Origin: Geosiphon pyriformis uo1
Taxonomy: Eukaryota > Fungi > Glomeromycota
DNA length: 64,000 bases
NCBI GenBank assembly: GCA_016748015.1
Contig: JAAOMT010000436.1
Coordinates: forward strand, 1,300,847-1,364,846
Direction: 5' to 3'
Under the pieces are notes generated by a model. It saw only the letters and a program-made list of their open reading frames with translations, was not told where the DNA came from and ran no database searches. The translations under genes were made by a program, and so were the position numbers. Below, piece after piece: positions 53,187-64,000 of the stretch; position 1 is the first letter of the stretch; each line of letters opens with the position of its first letter.

Positions 53187-54496
53187 TTATTTATACTTAA
53201 TTTTGGTGATTATTTGGGTTGGTATTATCACAACAGACAACCAATTAGGTTATTTATAATATTTTTTGAGTCATGTACTATAAACAAAATAATTATTAAA
53301 GATTGTTCTAAATTAATCTTGAAGAATATAAAAACTATTGTTCAAAACTTTGTTGACTATAAAGGGTCTTTTCTACTGGCTAGAGAATTTATTACCATAG
53401 ACATTGTTTTTGTCTAAACAGTATTTTAATACAAAGTTACCAACACTTAAAAAAAGTGTTTTATAGGTTTTTTTTTTCTTAAGCTTTTCTTGGAACTGTT
53501 TTATTTTTTCAAAAGCAATTATTTGTGTTTCTACCAAGGAATCAAGAATAGTACTAAGTTTTCTTTGCAAAATGTCTTTGTAATTTTCTATTGTAATCTT
53601 TTCAAAGAGTATTGTCTCAATATCAGTTTTTATTGGTAGTGTTGTCATGTGTTCATAAAGCAGATAAAAAGGTTTATAACTTGTTATGTTATAATTCACA
53701 GTTTTATAAGCAAACAAAGCTGAAGGCAGTACTTTGTCTTATAAGTTTGTTTCTTCACTGGTTTTGGCCAAAGTTTTACATAGTGTTCTATTGAAATGTT
53801 CCACTAAGCCATTTGTTTAAAGGTAGTAAGGGGAAAAAAGTTTATGACATATTCCCATTTTTCTACAAAGTTTTTCAACCAGTGTACTGAGAAAAGCTCT
53901 TTCTCTATCAGATAAAAGTTTTTTGGAGCAGTTATGATGGCAGATAATATCTTTATAAATGAAATTGGCTATTGAGACTGCTGTTTGGTCTGAAGTGGCT
54001 CTTGCTTCTATCTACTTTGTAAGATAGTCAGTAGCTGTGATAATGTATCTGTTGCCATTAGGAGTTATTGTTAAAGGTTCAACAACATCTATAAATGGTT
54101 GACTGACAAAGATTGGATGGATATCTTCTTTACAATTGGGTTTGTCTTTTTTTGGCAGATGTTATAGGTTTTGATGTATTTAGAAATGTTTTTTCTCAAG
54201 ATAGGCCAATAATAGCAAACTAAGATTTTTTGAATTGTTTTTGTTTTTTCAAAGTGTTCAGTTAATGGGTCAGTGTGCATTTTGTATATTACAATTTCTT
54301 TTTTTTCAAATCTGATGACTCTTTGGGGGTGGTTAAGATCTTTTTTGTTTCTTTTATATAATTGATTTTGGCAGATCAAATAAAAATTTAATTGTTTGTG
54401 CAAATGTTCTCTTTGCTGTTAAGTGTAATCTGGTGGGTATTGTTCTTTACCCAAAAATTCTATTAAGACAGAGTAGTTGTTCAAGTTTATTATCAT
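53187..54496 (-). pseudogene. G4 integrase as a separate ORF
   Basis: MIINLNNYSVLIEFL..., HTDPLTEHF, DYLTK, NGLVEHFN. Confidence 0.87.
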
Positions 54497-54558
54497 GTTT
54501 GTTTGTGAAGGAGTTACTAATAATTAGATTAGTTTGGTTTGAGAAGCTTGTACTGTCA

Positions 54559-57500
54559 CTAGATAGTAAACCTAAAGAAAACATTGACATTTTAATGATT
54601 TGCTCCTTTGTGGTATTGAATATTATAGTTAAATTCATCCAAGTGGAGTATTTAGTGAGTTATTCATTTGTGTTCTAACTTTTTTTTATTGCACAGCCAA
54701 ACTAAGACTTGATGATTTGTTACCACTAAGAATTTTGCACCAAGAAGATATTGATCTCAGTAACTAGTAGCCCAAACTACTGCTAAATATTCTTGTTCAG
54801 TAACTGAATAGTTCTTTTCTGCTGGTGTGAGAGATCTACTGGCATATGTTATAGCATGCTCTCTGCTATTTTCATCTTTCTGTGAAAAGACAGCACCAAG
54901 TCCATAGCCAGATGTATCAGTATAGAGAATAAAAAATTGATTCAAATCAGGTTGCTTGAAAATTGGTTCAATAACAAGTTTTTCCTTCAGAATTTCAAAA
55001 GCTTTTTGTTAATGAGTGCTTCAGTAATAATTGACATTTTTCTTGAATAGCTGATTAAGAAAAAAGGTAATTTTGGAGAAATCCTTAATAAATTTGTGAT
55101 AGTAAGAAGCCAAACCAAGGAAAAAGTGTAGTTTAGGAATATTTATTGGTTGTCTAGTGTTTTGAACTTTTTCAACTTTAGTTGGGTCAAGGAAGATTTT
55201 ATCTTTTGTAATAAGATGACCAAGGAACTGGGTGGATTGATGTCCAAAGAAAAATTTGATTGGATTGATCTTAAGACCAGTATTTCTGAGCAGGTCAAAA
55301 ACCTTCTGCAAATATTCAAAATGTTCATTCCAAGTTTTTGAGTAGACTATTATGTCATCTAAATAGATCAGAACAAAGTTTTCTTTTATTGATTCAAATA
55401 CTTTGTTTATTAAACATTGAAAGATGGGAGGAGCATTGGTAAAACCAAAAGACATGACTGTAAATTCATAGATGCCATACTTGGTAATAAAAGCAGTTTT
55501 TTTTTTGCTTTCTAAATTCATCTCTACTTGCCAAAATCCAGCAGTTAAGTCAATAGTTGAGAAGAAAGCAGCACCATTGAATTTGTCTAGTATTACATCA
55601 ATTTTAGGGAGTGAGTACATATCTCTTATAGTAATGGCATTTAATTAGTGGTAATCAATACAAAAACATAGAGTTCCACCTTTTTTGAATATCACTATAA
55701 CTGGAAAAGCCTATTCACTTTTGGTTTCTTGTATGAATCTAAGATCTTTTATCTGGTTTATTTCTTTCTTGATAAACTTATCATTGCATTGATTGAATTG
55801 ATAAGGCTTCAAATAGATAGGATAAGTTTCTTTTGTAATAATAGTGTGTTGTATCATATGGATTTGTCCAGAGGTATTATCTTCTTTTGAGATAATTGGG
55901 CTATTTTTAGCCAATAGATTTTCAATGTCCACTTTTTTTTCTTTAGAGAAAAGTTTTCTTTGTTCTACAACTAGTGATTAGATTTCAGGTGGTTTATTTT
56001 CAAAAGACTTCTGTACTTCTTTTAGTTCTTTTTTAAGTATTAAACTAATTGGCTCCTAATCTTTATAATAGATTAGGCAGAACTTGTATTCATTACTAGA
56101 AGAATACAAAGGTTTATCACACCAGCATCTGGTATAAAGACCATATTACCAATAATTATATTTTGCTTTTTTGCCAGGTTTTCTATCAAAGGTTCTTCTG
56201 AAGATATTATAATAAGACCAGCAGATCAGCTTGCTATTTACCATGATTCTTTTTTTATCTGCTTTAACATTATCTAATGACTTGCCATTGCTGGTAAAAA
56301 TAGTATAAGCAAGTTTAGCAGTTTCTTCTTGTTCTTTTTGTTTATTTTCTTTGTCACTTTCTTCATTATTTGACTCATCTGATTGCTCTTTTTTTTGGCT
56401 TTGTTTGAGTACTGGAGGAGTTGTCCAATGGCAACACTTAATCACAATGGGTTTCTTACTACATCTGATGATCAGTTCACAAAGTTCATAATCAAGCAAA
56501 GCTTTTGCTTTCTTGAGCCATTCATTACCAACTATTATAGTGTATTTTTTTGCTTCAGATATTTCCATATTAGTTTTAATGCTGATGCTATTGATTCAGA
56601 CAAGAACAACTTTGACTATGTTCAGACCTTTCTTCTTGTCACCATGTATATTGGTCATTAGTTTTGTGAATAGTTCATCAATTTTTCTGCCAATTGCTTC
56701 TAAAAAGTGTTGGCAATGATGCTAACAGATGATTTACTATTCAGAATCAGATCAATAAAGTAACTAACCACTTGGGCTTTATAAATGAGAAAGATAACAT
56801 TGCTATTATTAGCAAGTTCAGCTTGGTGTGAGCATTTGTTGGTCTTTGGTGTCTTTTTTTTGGAAATCAAAGATTTGTGAAGATTTTTTCTGAATTGGAA
56901 ATGAGTTATTAACTGGCCAAAGATAATATGAGCAAATGTTTTCATGAGATCTTTGACAACAGAATAAAAACCAAATTTTTGTACTATTTTTGGAGATTCT
57001 AACTTTGGAGAATTCTTAAAAACTTTGGCCTTTGTTGGCTTATTGTTATTAGCAATAAAAGTTGAAGCTTTGTTGGAATCTAGAACAAAATCAACCTTGG
57101 CTTTCTTCTTCTTTCTTGTCAAGTCAGAGGGATTGATAGCCAGTTCATTCATATCATGATTATTGTCAATTAGATTAAAAGCATAAAAGAGATTTTCTTT
57201 TGGTTGGCTTGCACTTTCACCCTTTGGAGGTACATCTACCAGTTTAAAAGCTGATAAACAGTAGCTTCAACTAGGAAATTCTTTCCAAAAAAATTGATGT
57301 TAGCATGATTGGGTCTTTAATTGGGGATATTGTTGTTGATAATTTTGTTGTTTTGATTATTATTGTTTCTAGAAGCTAAAGGTGACAAAGGAGAATTGTT
57401 GGAATTTCTTAAGAAATGTTTAGTTAATTTACAGTAGTAACACACAGGTGGGCCACAATTTTGTAATTTTTAATAAAAGAATTGCTGGAGTTAATTAAAA

Positions 57501-59698
57501 TGGGATTCAAATCTGGCTCTTTGAAGTTGTTGATTCTCTCTGACTGCTTGGGCTAAGGGTTCTAGTAATTGAACAAGATTAGCTGTAAGTTTATTTATTA
57601 ACTATTCATTTGGGTTTTGAGTTTGGACAGCAAAAGAGATATCAGCCATTTGGGAAGCAGGAGCAGGAGCAAAAACTGAAAGTGTGGATCTTAGATGCAT
57701 TTTTTAATTGTCTTCTATTCTCTGGACAAGTTCAATGGCCATATCTATTGTAAGATTGTTTTTTAGTGCCAAAAGGGGCCAAAGAGCATATGACAAATTT
57801 GTTCTTAAATTTTTTGTAAAAAAATGAATCTTTTGCTTTTTTGTTTAGTTTTTTTCAGAATCTACTTGCTTGATTAATTTTCTAATTGCTTTGGCATACT
57901 CAATTACAACTTTACCAAAACCTTGGGTTTTTCTTTCTAATTTTATACACCATTTGAATATCAAGATAGGAGTTCTAAATTTCATTTCAAACTGGATAGT
58001 AAAAGAGGTGTTATCTTTTTCAGCATTTGTTGGTGTCCATCTAATAATTTTTTGCTGAGCATTGACATTGGTTTTTTGTAAAAACAAAGTAGCAAAAGAG
58101 TCTTGGAAGTAGCCACCAATGATTTGGAATTTATATTTATTATTATATTGGTTGGCTGTGGCAGCTCTTTCAAAGTCATTCAACTATTCAATTGAATCTT
58201 GTGTATTATCTCTGAATAAAGGTAGTGAAGTGTTATTTCTTTACCCTAAAGCAGTTTGTATGCTCTAGAGAGTAATCAGAATGTTTTGTTGTATGATGTT
58301 ACAGGTAATTATTTGGGGTGTTGATGAAATAACAAACTCATAACTTGGTGCTCAAAGCAATTAGTGATGATAATAATCTGAAAGTATTTTCAAATGAGTT
58401 CTTTGTATAATGGACAGAGATTTAATAGTTGTTTATCCGTAACTTCCCAGACTCACAAGTCTGTCAATTTTTTTTTCGGCTTGGTGGCTGGCAATCCTCT
58501 GGTAAGTAATCTGTATTTTCTGTATGTGTCCTACCCACTTGCAGAGATCTTTTACCAGGCAATCCTTGACATCAATAATCAGCACTTTTAATCAATTGGT
58601 TAGTACACAATAACAAAATCAAAGAAACATAAAGAAAATAAAAAAATATAAAGAAATAAGCCAAGGCAATTTACAAGTTAGTATCCCATCAATAGCTGTG
58701 ATCAAGAACTATTGTTTTAGTGTGGTTAAGTATCAATTACTATCAACATGAAGTGTTGATAGTGAAGAGTGAATTTGATATAGTGAATAATGATTTATTT
58801 GAGGATTGTGGTAACTATGCTAAGAATTCTTGGTGTTGATTCTGTTTTTTTTTTGTAATTTTAATAATTATAATTTTGCAAGTCTAATTAATTCTATGAG
58901 TCTAATTGACTCTGCAAATCAATTGACTCTAAGTTCCATTGACTAATTTTCTAACTTTTGATACTACTGCTATATATACGTATTTGAGATTCTTCAATTC
59001 CTCAATTTTTCATGTCAAGAATCCTGAAATTTTGCAATTCCTTTGAGAGGAATTCTGGAATTCTGGAATTCTGCGATTCCTCATGTAAAAATCCTGCAAT
59101 TCCTGGAATCCTGCAATTCCTCTGAGAGGAATTCTGGAATTCCACATTTACTATGTCTACCTATGATTGGCTAATTTATATGCTAATATACTTCTTATAT
59201 TTTATAAGTAATAATGAGATCATTAGCCATTGGTTTAGGAGTAGCTGTTTTTGTGAAATGTTCTGATTTACTTGAGAAGAGATTAAAAACAGAAGCAGTT
59301 TGATAGCTTTCTTCTTCTGTTTTAAAAGGAGTTTCAGATAGCTGATGAGCAGCAATTCAGATGTGAATTTGGTGATTCAGATATTCAGAATCAAAAGGCT
59401 GTTGTTCAAAGGTTGTGGAATATAAAAGTTGATTGATGCTGTTGTTTTTTTCTTCAAAGTTGTTTTCAAAATAAGCTTGGTTAAAGTAATAGGTTGTATA
59501 AGCTGTGTAGGTTTCAGCTAAATGCTCATTTAAAAACTAGTTCCAAAAGTCTTGGAATTGTTTACTGAATTGTTTTTTAATGGAGAAGCAAATCAAGCAG
59601 AAGAGCAAAGAATTGAGTTCAATAAAATTTAAATCATTTTTGTTGTATACTTCAAAGTATTCTTCTGATTATTATGGCAGATATAAATAATTACCCAT
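54559..59698 (-). pseudogene. G4 gag-pol (split by solo LTR)
   Basis: MGNYL start, MANDLI|QQN across the insertion, CYYCKLTKH, LILNSKSSVS, IYLDDII, YTDTSG; ends NVNVFFRFTI*. Confidence 0.88.
58297..59213 (-). mobile_element. Solo LTR of the G1 family inserted in G4 gag
   Basis: Reverse complement is colinear with the G1 LTR; TSD ATGA (58293-58296, 59214-59217); gag frame restored on removal. Confidence 0.93.
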
Positions 59699-59750
59699 AC
59701 AATAAGAAACAAAGTAAATTTTGACAATCTTACAGGGAGCATCACTTTTA

Positions 59751-60445
59751 TATTATGGGTTGGAATAACAAGCTAATAAATAACAAAAGAGAACAGGATT
59801 GTAAGGTGATGAAAGAAATCAAAAGAAATTCAACTTTAAAGAATGAATTGAATAAATATGGATTCAATGTGTGAGATCAGTCTTATAAAATATTTCAGTC
59901 ACTATACTTTTTAAGGATAATCAGAGAATCTGAAGGTAAAAGGATAGTTCATACTGTCAACAAATGATCACATACTGGTATAATTCTATGCCTCATATTG
60001 GCACTCTTAAAATTCAATATCAGATATTAGATGTATTTTTCAGTCATGTTTTATTCAATAATCTTTAAATGCTGCAATTACACATTTTAGGAAAAGAGTA
60101 AAAAATAACCAACAAGTAATCTTTTATCCCAAAATATTCAGATACTTGAAGATAAAGAAAGGAAATTTAGTGATAAAAGAATGATTAAGATAAAAGTTGT
60201 TATTTTTTTTTTCTTTGATTCTTACATACTTTTCTATAGCTAAAAGATTCATTGCTTATATAGCTATCAAAAATGGTCAATAATCAGATCAATAATTAGG
60301 TCAATAATTAGGTCAATGATTAGATTAATGGTCAGGTCATTAATCAGGTCAATGATCACTTTCTAAAAATAGAGTGACTAATTATATAACATTAATGATT
60401 AATACATGTGATATTTAATAAGAAGTATAGATTTCAAACATAATA
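59751..60445 (-). repeat. G4 5' LTR
   Basis: Adjacent to the PBS; about 7 units of GGTCAATGATCA at 60276-60358. Confidence 0.92.
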
Positions 60446-60899
60446 GTAGAAACAAATAACTGCTTCTATTTTTTTGAACTTTTGGTCTTTTTAACTATTT
60501 TTTTTAAAAAAAAAATATTAGCAGCATTTAGTATAAAAACTATAAAAGAAAAAACCAGTTTGTTAACTAATTTGTTATTAAAAATTTTTGGGCTCTTTGA
60601 AAAGGTAGAAACAATATTGAAACTAATTCAAGTGTGTTTTTTTAAAAAAACTTTAACTAGTAAAAAACCAGTCAAAAATAAAAAAATGCTTTTGTGACTA
60701 CTAAAAACAGTCTTTTACTATTAATATTTAAAAAAAAAGCTTCTAAAACATTTTGTTTAGCAGTTTTTATGACAAAAAAAACTTTTCTAGTTAAAACTTT
60801 ATTAAATATCTTAAAAAAAATAACAGATACAGCCTTTTTACTCTTTGTTTTGGTCATAGTTATAAAATTAAGAAAACAAAAAATTTGTGTATTTTTACT

Positions 60900-61400
60900 T
60901 TAAAAAAAAAATACATGAATACTTTAAGATTTTTTGTTAACCAAAAATCTATTTAAGTTTAATTTAAAAAAAATTTAAATATGTTTTTTATTAATATAAT
61001 TTTAAAAAAACTATTTTAAATAAATATATTTTTTATTTAATTTTAATTGTTTTATAGTTTATTATTAGTTATAAAACCTAATTTAATTTTGTGTTTAAGA
61101 ATGTTTATTAATAAATAAAATTTATTAATAAAGAATTTTTTAAATAAGTTTTTATATTATTTATTATTGTATGATTTAAAAACTTTTGAACAGATTTAAA
61201 ATAAAAATAAGATTATTTTTATGATAATTTTTTTTAATATTAAGTGTTTTTAAAAAATTATTTAATTATTAATTGTTAAATTTGCAAATTTTATACTAGT
61301 TATTTTAAAATTTTTTAAATATTTAAATAAACAATTTTTTAACTGAATTTTTTGAATTATAGTGCTTTTTTTGTTAATAGTTTATTTATTGTTTTTGGCA
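60900..61400 (+). pseudogene. Heavily eroded LINE ORF2 relic (right part)
   Basis: Continues the 49985-50227 alignment against LINE-B 41725-42250; right end approximate. Confidence 0.6.
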
Positions 61401-61804
61401 TAAATATGGTATTTTTTTAATACATATTTTGAATTTTTTATTGTATTTTAGAATATTTAAATTAAAAAATTTAATATTATGTTTGTAAATTAATTATTAA
61501 ACTACTATAATATATGTTTTAATTAAAAATTTTTGTTATTAAAAAAACTTAATATCAAAAAACCAATCTTTAAGTAGCTTAAATAGACTTTAAAGTTTAT
61601 TAAAAATAATAAAAATTTAGTAATTTTATTTTAATTAAAACAAATTTAAAGATTATATATTTAGATATTAAAATATTTATTAATAGTTTTGTTAAAAGTT
61701 TAATTTATTTAATATAATAACTTATTTTTTAGATTTAAATTGTAATATAAATATTGAAGTTTATAATATTATATTTTCTATTTTTGTTAAATTATAAATA
61801 ATTA

Positions 61805-62230
61805 TGTTAATATTTAAATATAGAAATTTAAATCATTAATTAACATAAAATTACTTTTATAATTTTTATTATTAATTAATATATATTATTATTTTAATTA
61901 TTACTTATAATTTTTATCAAATTATTAAATATTCAATTAATAACTTAATTTATAAAAAGTACAAGTGTGATTAAATAAAATAATCAGATTATAAAATATT
62001 TTAAATTATATAATATTTAAAAATTTGTTAAAATATTTAAAATTTTAATTAAATATTTAACAATTTACTGAAATATTTAATAATTTATAAAAATAACTTG
62101 TAGTTTATTAAAATAGTAATAAAAAAAAATACAAAACTATAGAATAATACTATAATAAATTGTATAAAAAAAAGTTTTTTTTTTAAAAAAAAAATTTTTA
62201 CTAGAATTTTAATTTAAAACAACTAATTAG
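61805..62230 (+). repeat. Hyper-eroded relic of a G2-family LTR (U3)
   Basis: Aligns to 17928-18360 when C>T/G>A is allowed (e.g. AATAACTTGTAGTTTATTAAAAT vs AATAACCTGTAGTTCGCCGAAAT); boundaries approximate. Confidence 0.7.
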
Positions 62231-63585
62231 TTATTATAAATTAATTCAATAAATTTATTTTAAAAATTCAAACATTGTTTATAATTAAAATTGGTTAAAA
62301 ATTTACTAATATCATAAATTTGAATACAATAAATAATTTAAGCTTACATTATTAAAATAAAATAAAATAAAATAAAAAATTACACATAATAGTTTAAAAA
62401 TTTCAAGTTTTATAATTATAATTATATGAAAATATAATTCTATTATGTAAATTAAATGGTTAAAAATTAAAAATTAAAACAAATTATTTTTTATATAATT
62501 CAAAAATTCATAAGACAATTTACAAATACAACAAAGTTTTATTAAATATTATACTAATAAAATAAAAAATTTGTATATTTTTAAATATTAAAATAAAATA
62601 CAATTAATAAAAAATTTTGTGTTTGTATTTAAAATATTATTTTTATTATTTATAATATTAATATTATTAAATTCTTGAATGTTTTGTTGATAATAATGTT
62701 ATAAACCAAAAAGTTTTTAATAATTTATAAAATTATAAATCTAATTAAATACAAATATTTTGATTAAACAAGATTGAACAAATATTATTAATTTAATATT
62801 TAGTTATTTATATTTGTCCACTATGATATTATCAAACAAATTTTTAATCAAGTTTTTCAAATTTTATTTGTTCTTTTAACTAAAATTACCAAATTTGAAT
62901 CTCGATTTCAAATTTTAGCAGGATTCGCATCCACATGTTATTTTATAATAAAACTTGTTTGAACCCAAAAAAAAGTCTATTAATAATTTGGTCAAAAAAA
63001 GAGTTCCCCATATTTACCACAACGTGACTCTATAATTTATAAAATAAAACTCGTTTTTTACCTTTTATTGTAGTCCATTTACTTTTGTTACTCAAAAATA
63101 TCTGAATGCGGAAAAGTCCTTAAATTTTAACTCAACTTAAAATAGAATAGTTTGATCAATAGGATTCATAACATGTAAATAACATGATGGAAGAAACCTA
63201 GACTTTCTGTCACTGACTTGAAAAGTGGTTCGCTTCGGCCGATCATGTTGTCCCACTCAATTATGGCAAAGAATGGTTAGCTTCCGTATCAAATGCGCCA
63301 AATTCACTTGCTCATTTCAGTAATCATTTTCATCCAAGTTAATTTTTTTATGAAGTGAATTCAACTTCTAGTCGTTTTTGGTTTTATATTACACTACACA
63401 TTCTTTCCTTTTTCCCAAATAAAATTTGGCCGTTGGTAATTTCAGACCAGACTTAAAGGTCTCAATATTGAAAAAGAATCAGTACAAAAGGAATTCCTTT
63501 CTTTTCTATCTTATATTGCCCGTCTGTTAAAGCCAACGACAACATTATTTTTTGATTAAGAAGCACTACTGAGAGAGAAAAAAAT

Positions 63586-64000
63586 ATGCTGGCACGTAGA
63601 AAGTCTTCAGTACGACGATTTCTCCTTACCACTTCTCTCATCATTATCAGTTTAATTTTGGGATCACTTTTCTTTAGTTTATTTCTTCCAATTCAAGATG
63701 AATCGTTTATCGATAAATTTTCCCCAAAATTTGACAACACTCTCTATTGTGAACGTTCACTGACCTTTGTATTAAGTGATTGTTGTGGTTTGCCCTTTCA
63801 AATGACGGGCTTGATTAATGCGATGATATACGCAGAAGATACTGGTCGTAGCTTTTTCTTAAACGATAGTCATTGGAATTATGGACGTTGGGAGAATTTT
63901 TTTGAACCATTACGGAAACCTCATTGTGTTCTTCCTGAAAACAATCCTGATTTGTTTGTAAAATTTCCAGACAGGGAATTATCATCGGCTGAACTGAAAG
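63586..64000 (+). CDS. Type II membrane glycosyltransferase, GT23/FUT8-like fucosyltransferase (5' part, runs off window)
   Basis: MLARRKSSVRR + TM helix + LTFVLSDCCGLPFQMTGLINAMIYAEDTGRSFFLNDSHWNYGRWENFFEP, matching the recalled FUT8 pattern CGYGCQ..AYGTQRTLILESQNWRY..WETVFRP. Open to the window end. Confidence 0.7.
   Translation, partial: MLARRKSSVRRFLLTTSLIIISLILGSLFFSLFLPIQDESFIDKFSPKFDNTLYCERSLTFVLSDCCGLPFQMTGLINAMIYAEDTGRSFFLNDSHWNYGRWENFFEPLRKPHCVLPENNPDLFVKFPDRELSSAELK

Larger units (their letters stand above)
51899..60445 (-). mobile_element. G4: full-length Ty3/Gypsy without dUTPase, decayed, carrying a solo LTR
   Basis: LTRs 59751-60445 and 51899-52552 (termini read TA..TA); TSD GTAG; PBS TGATGCTCCCTGTAAG from 59744; PPT GGAGAGGATAA. 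Confidence 0.93.
50228..60895 (-). mobile_element. C2: second half-LINE copy, interrupted by G4
   Basis: 50228-51898 plus 60450-60895 is colinear with C1 (MTKTKSKK start, same 3' tail, A tail); more AT-eroded, with an internal deletion near 50500. Confidence 0.8.

Noticed and set aside
59680-59698. Myristoylation signal at G4 Gag start (MGNYLY)
   Set aside because: Only the MG is present, position 6 is not Ser/Thr, and it is a single decayed copy.

Overview
Eukaryotic, AT-rich, transposon-dominated window. The TE proteins and gene structure look fungal, probably Glomeromycotina/Mucoromycota and Geosiphon-like (from recall, not a search). It holds four full-length but decayed Ty3/Gypsy LTR retrotransposons: G1 3098-13237 (+), G2 17928-27769 (+), G3 31108-41074 (-) and G4 51899-60445 (-). 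There are also a solo LTR, a partial LTR and a relic LTR. The four elements, the solo LTR and the partial LTR sit inside other retroelements. These include RNase H-bearing LINEs (one complete, 17453-44055, with an 8-bp TSD) and one of two copies of an ORF1-only 'half-LINE' that shares the LINE 3' tail. Two host genes are visible: a six-exon NSE1 (SMC5/6 subunit) with two MCB boxes, and the start of a GT23/FUT8-like fucosyltransferase. The strongest signal is an unusual architecture shared by the Gypsy elements. In all four, pol stops just after RNase H, integrase is a separate ATG-initiated ORF, and a conserved ~200-aa ORF3 follows an internal TATA box. All four also have 4-bp TSDs and a tRNA-Ile-like PBS. 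G1-G3 add a putative GUG-initiated Gag extension, a multi-CxxC domain plus dUTPase between protease and RT, and an HIV-DIS-like palindromic-loop hairpin in the LTR. Repeats show heavy C>T/G>A erosion. All alignments and translations were done by eye.
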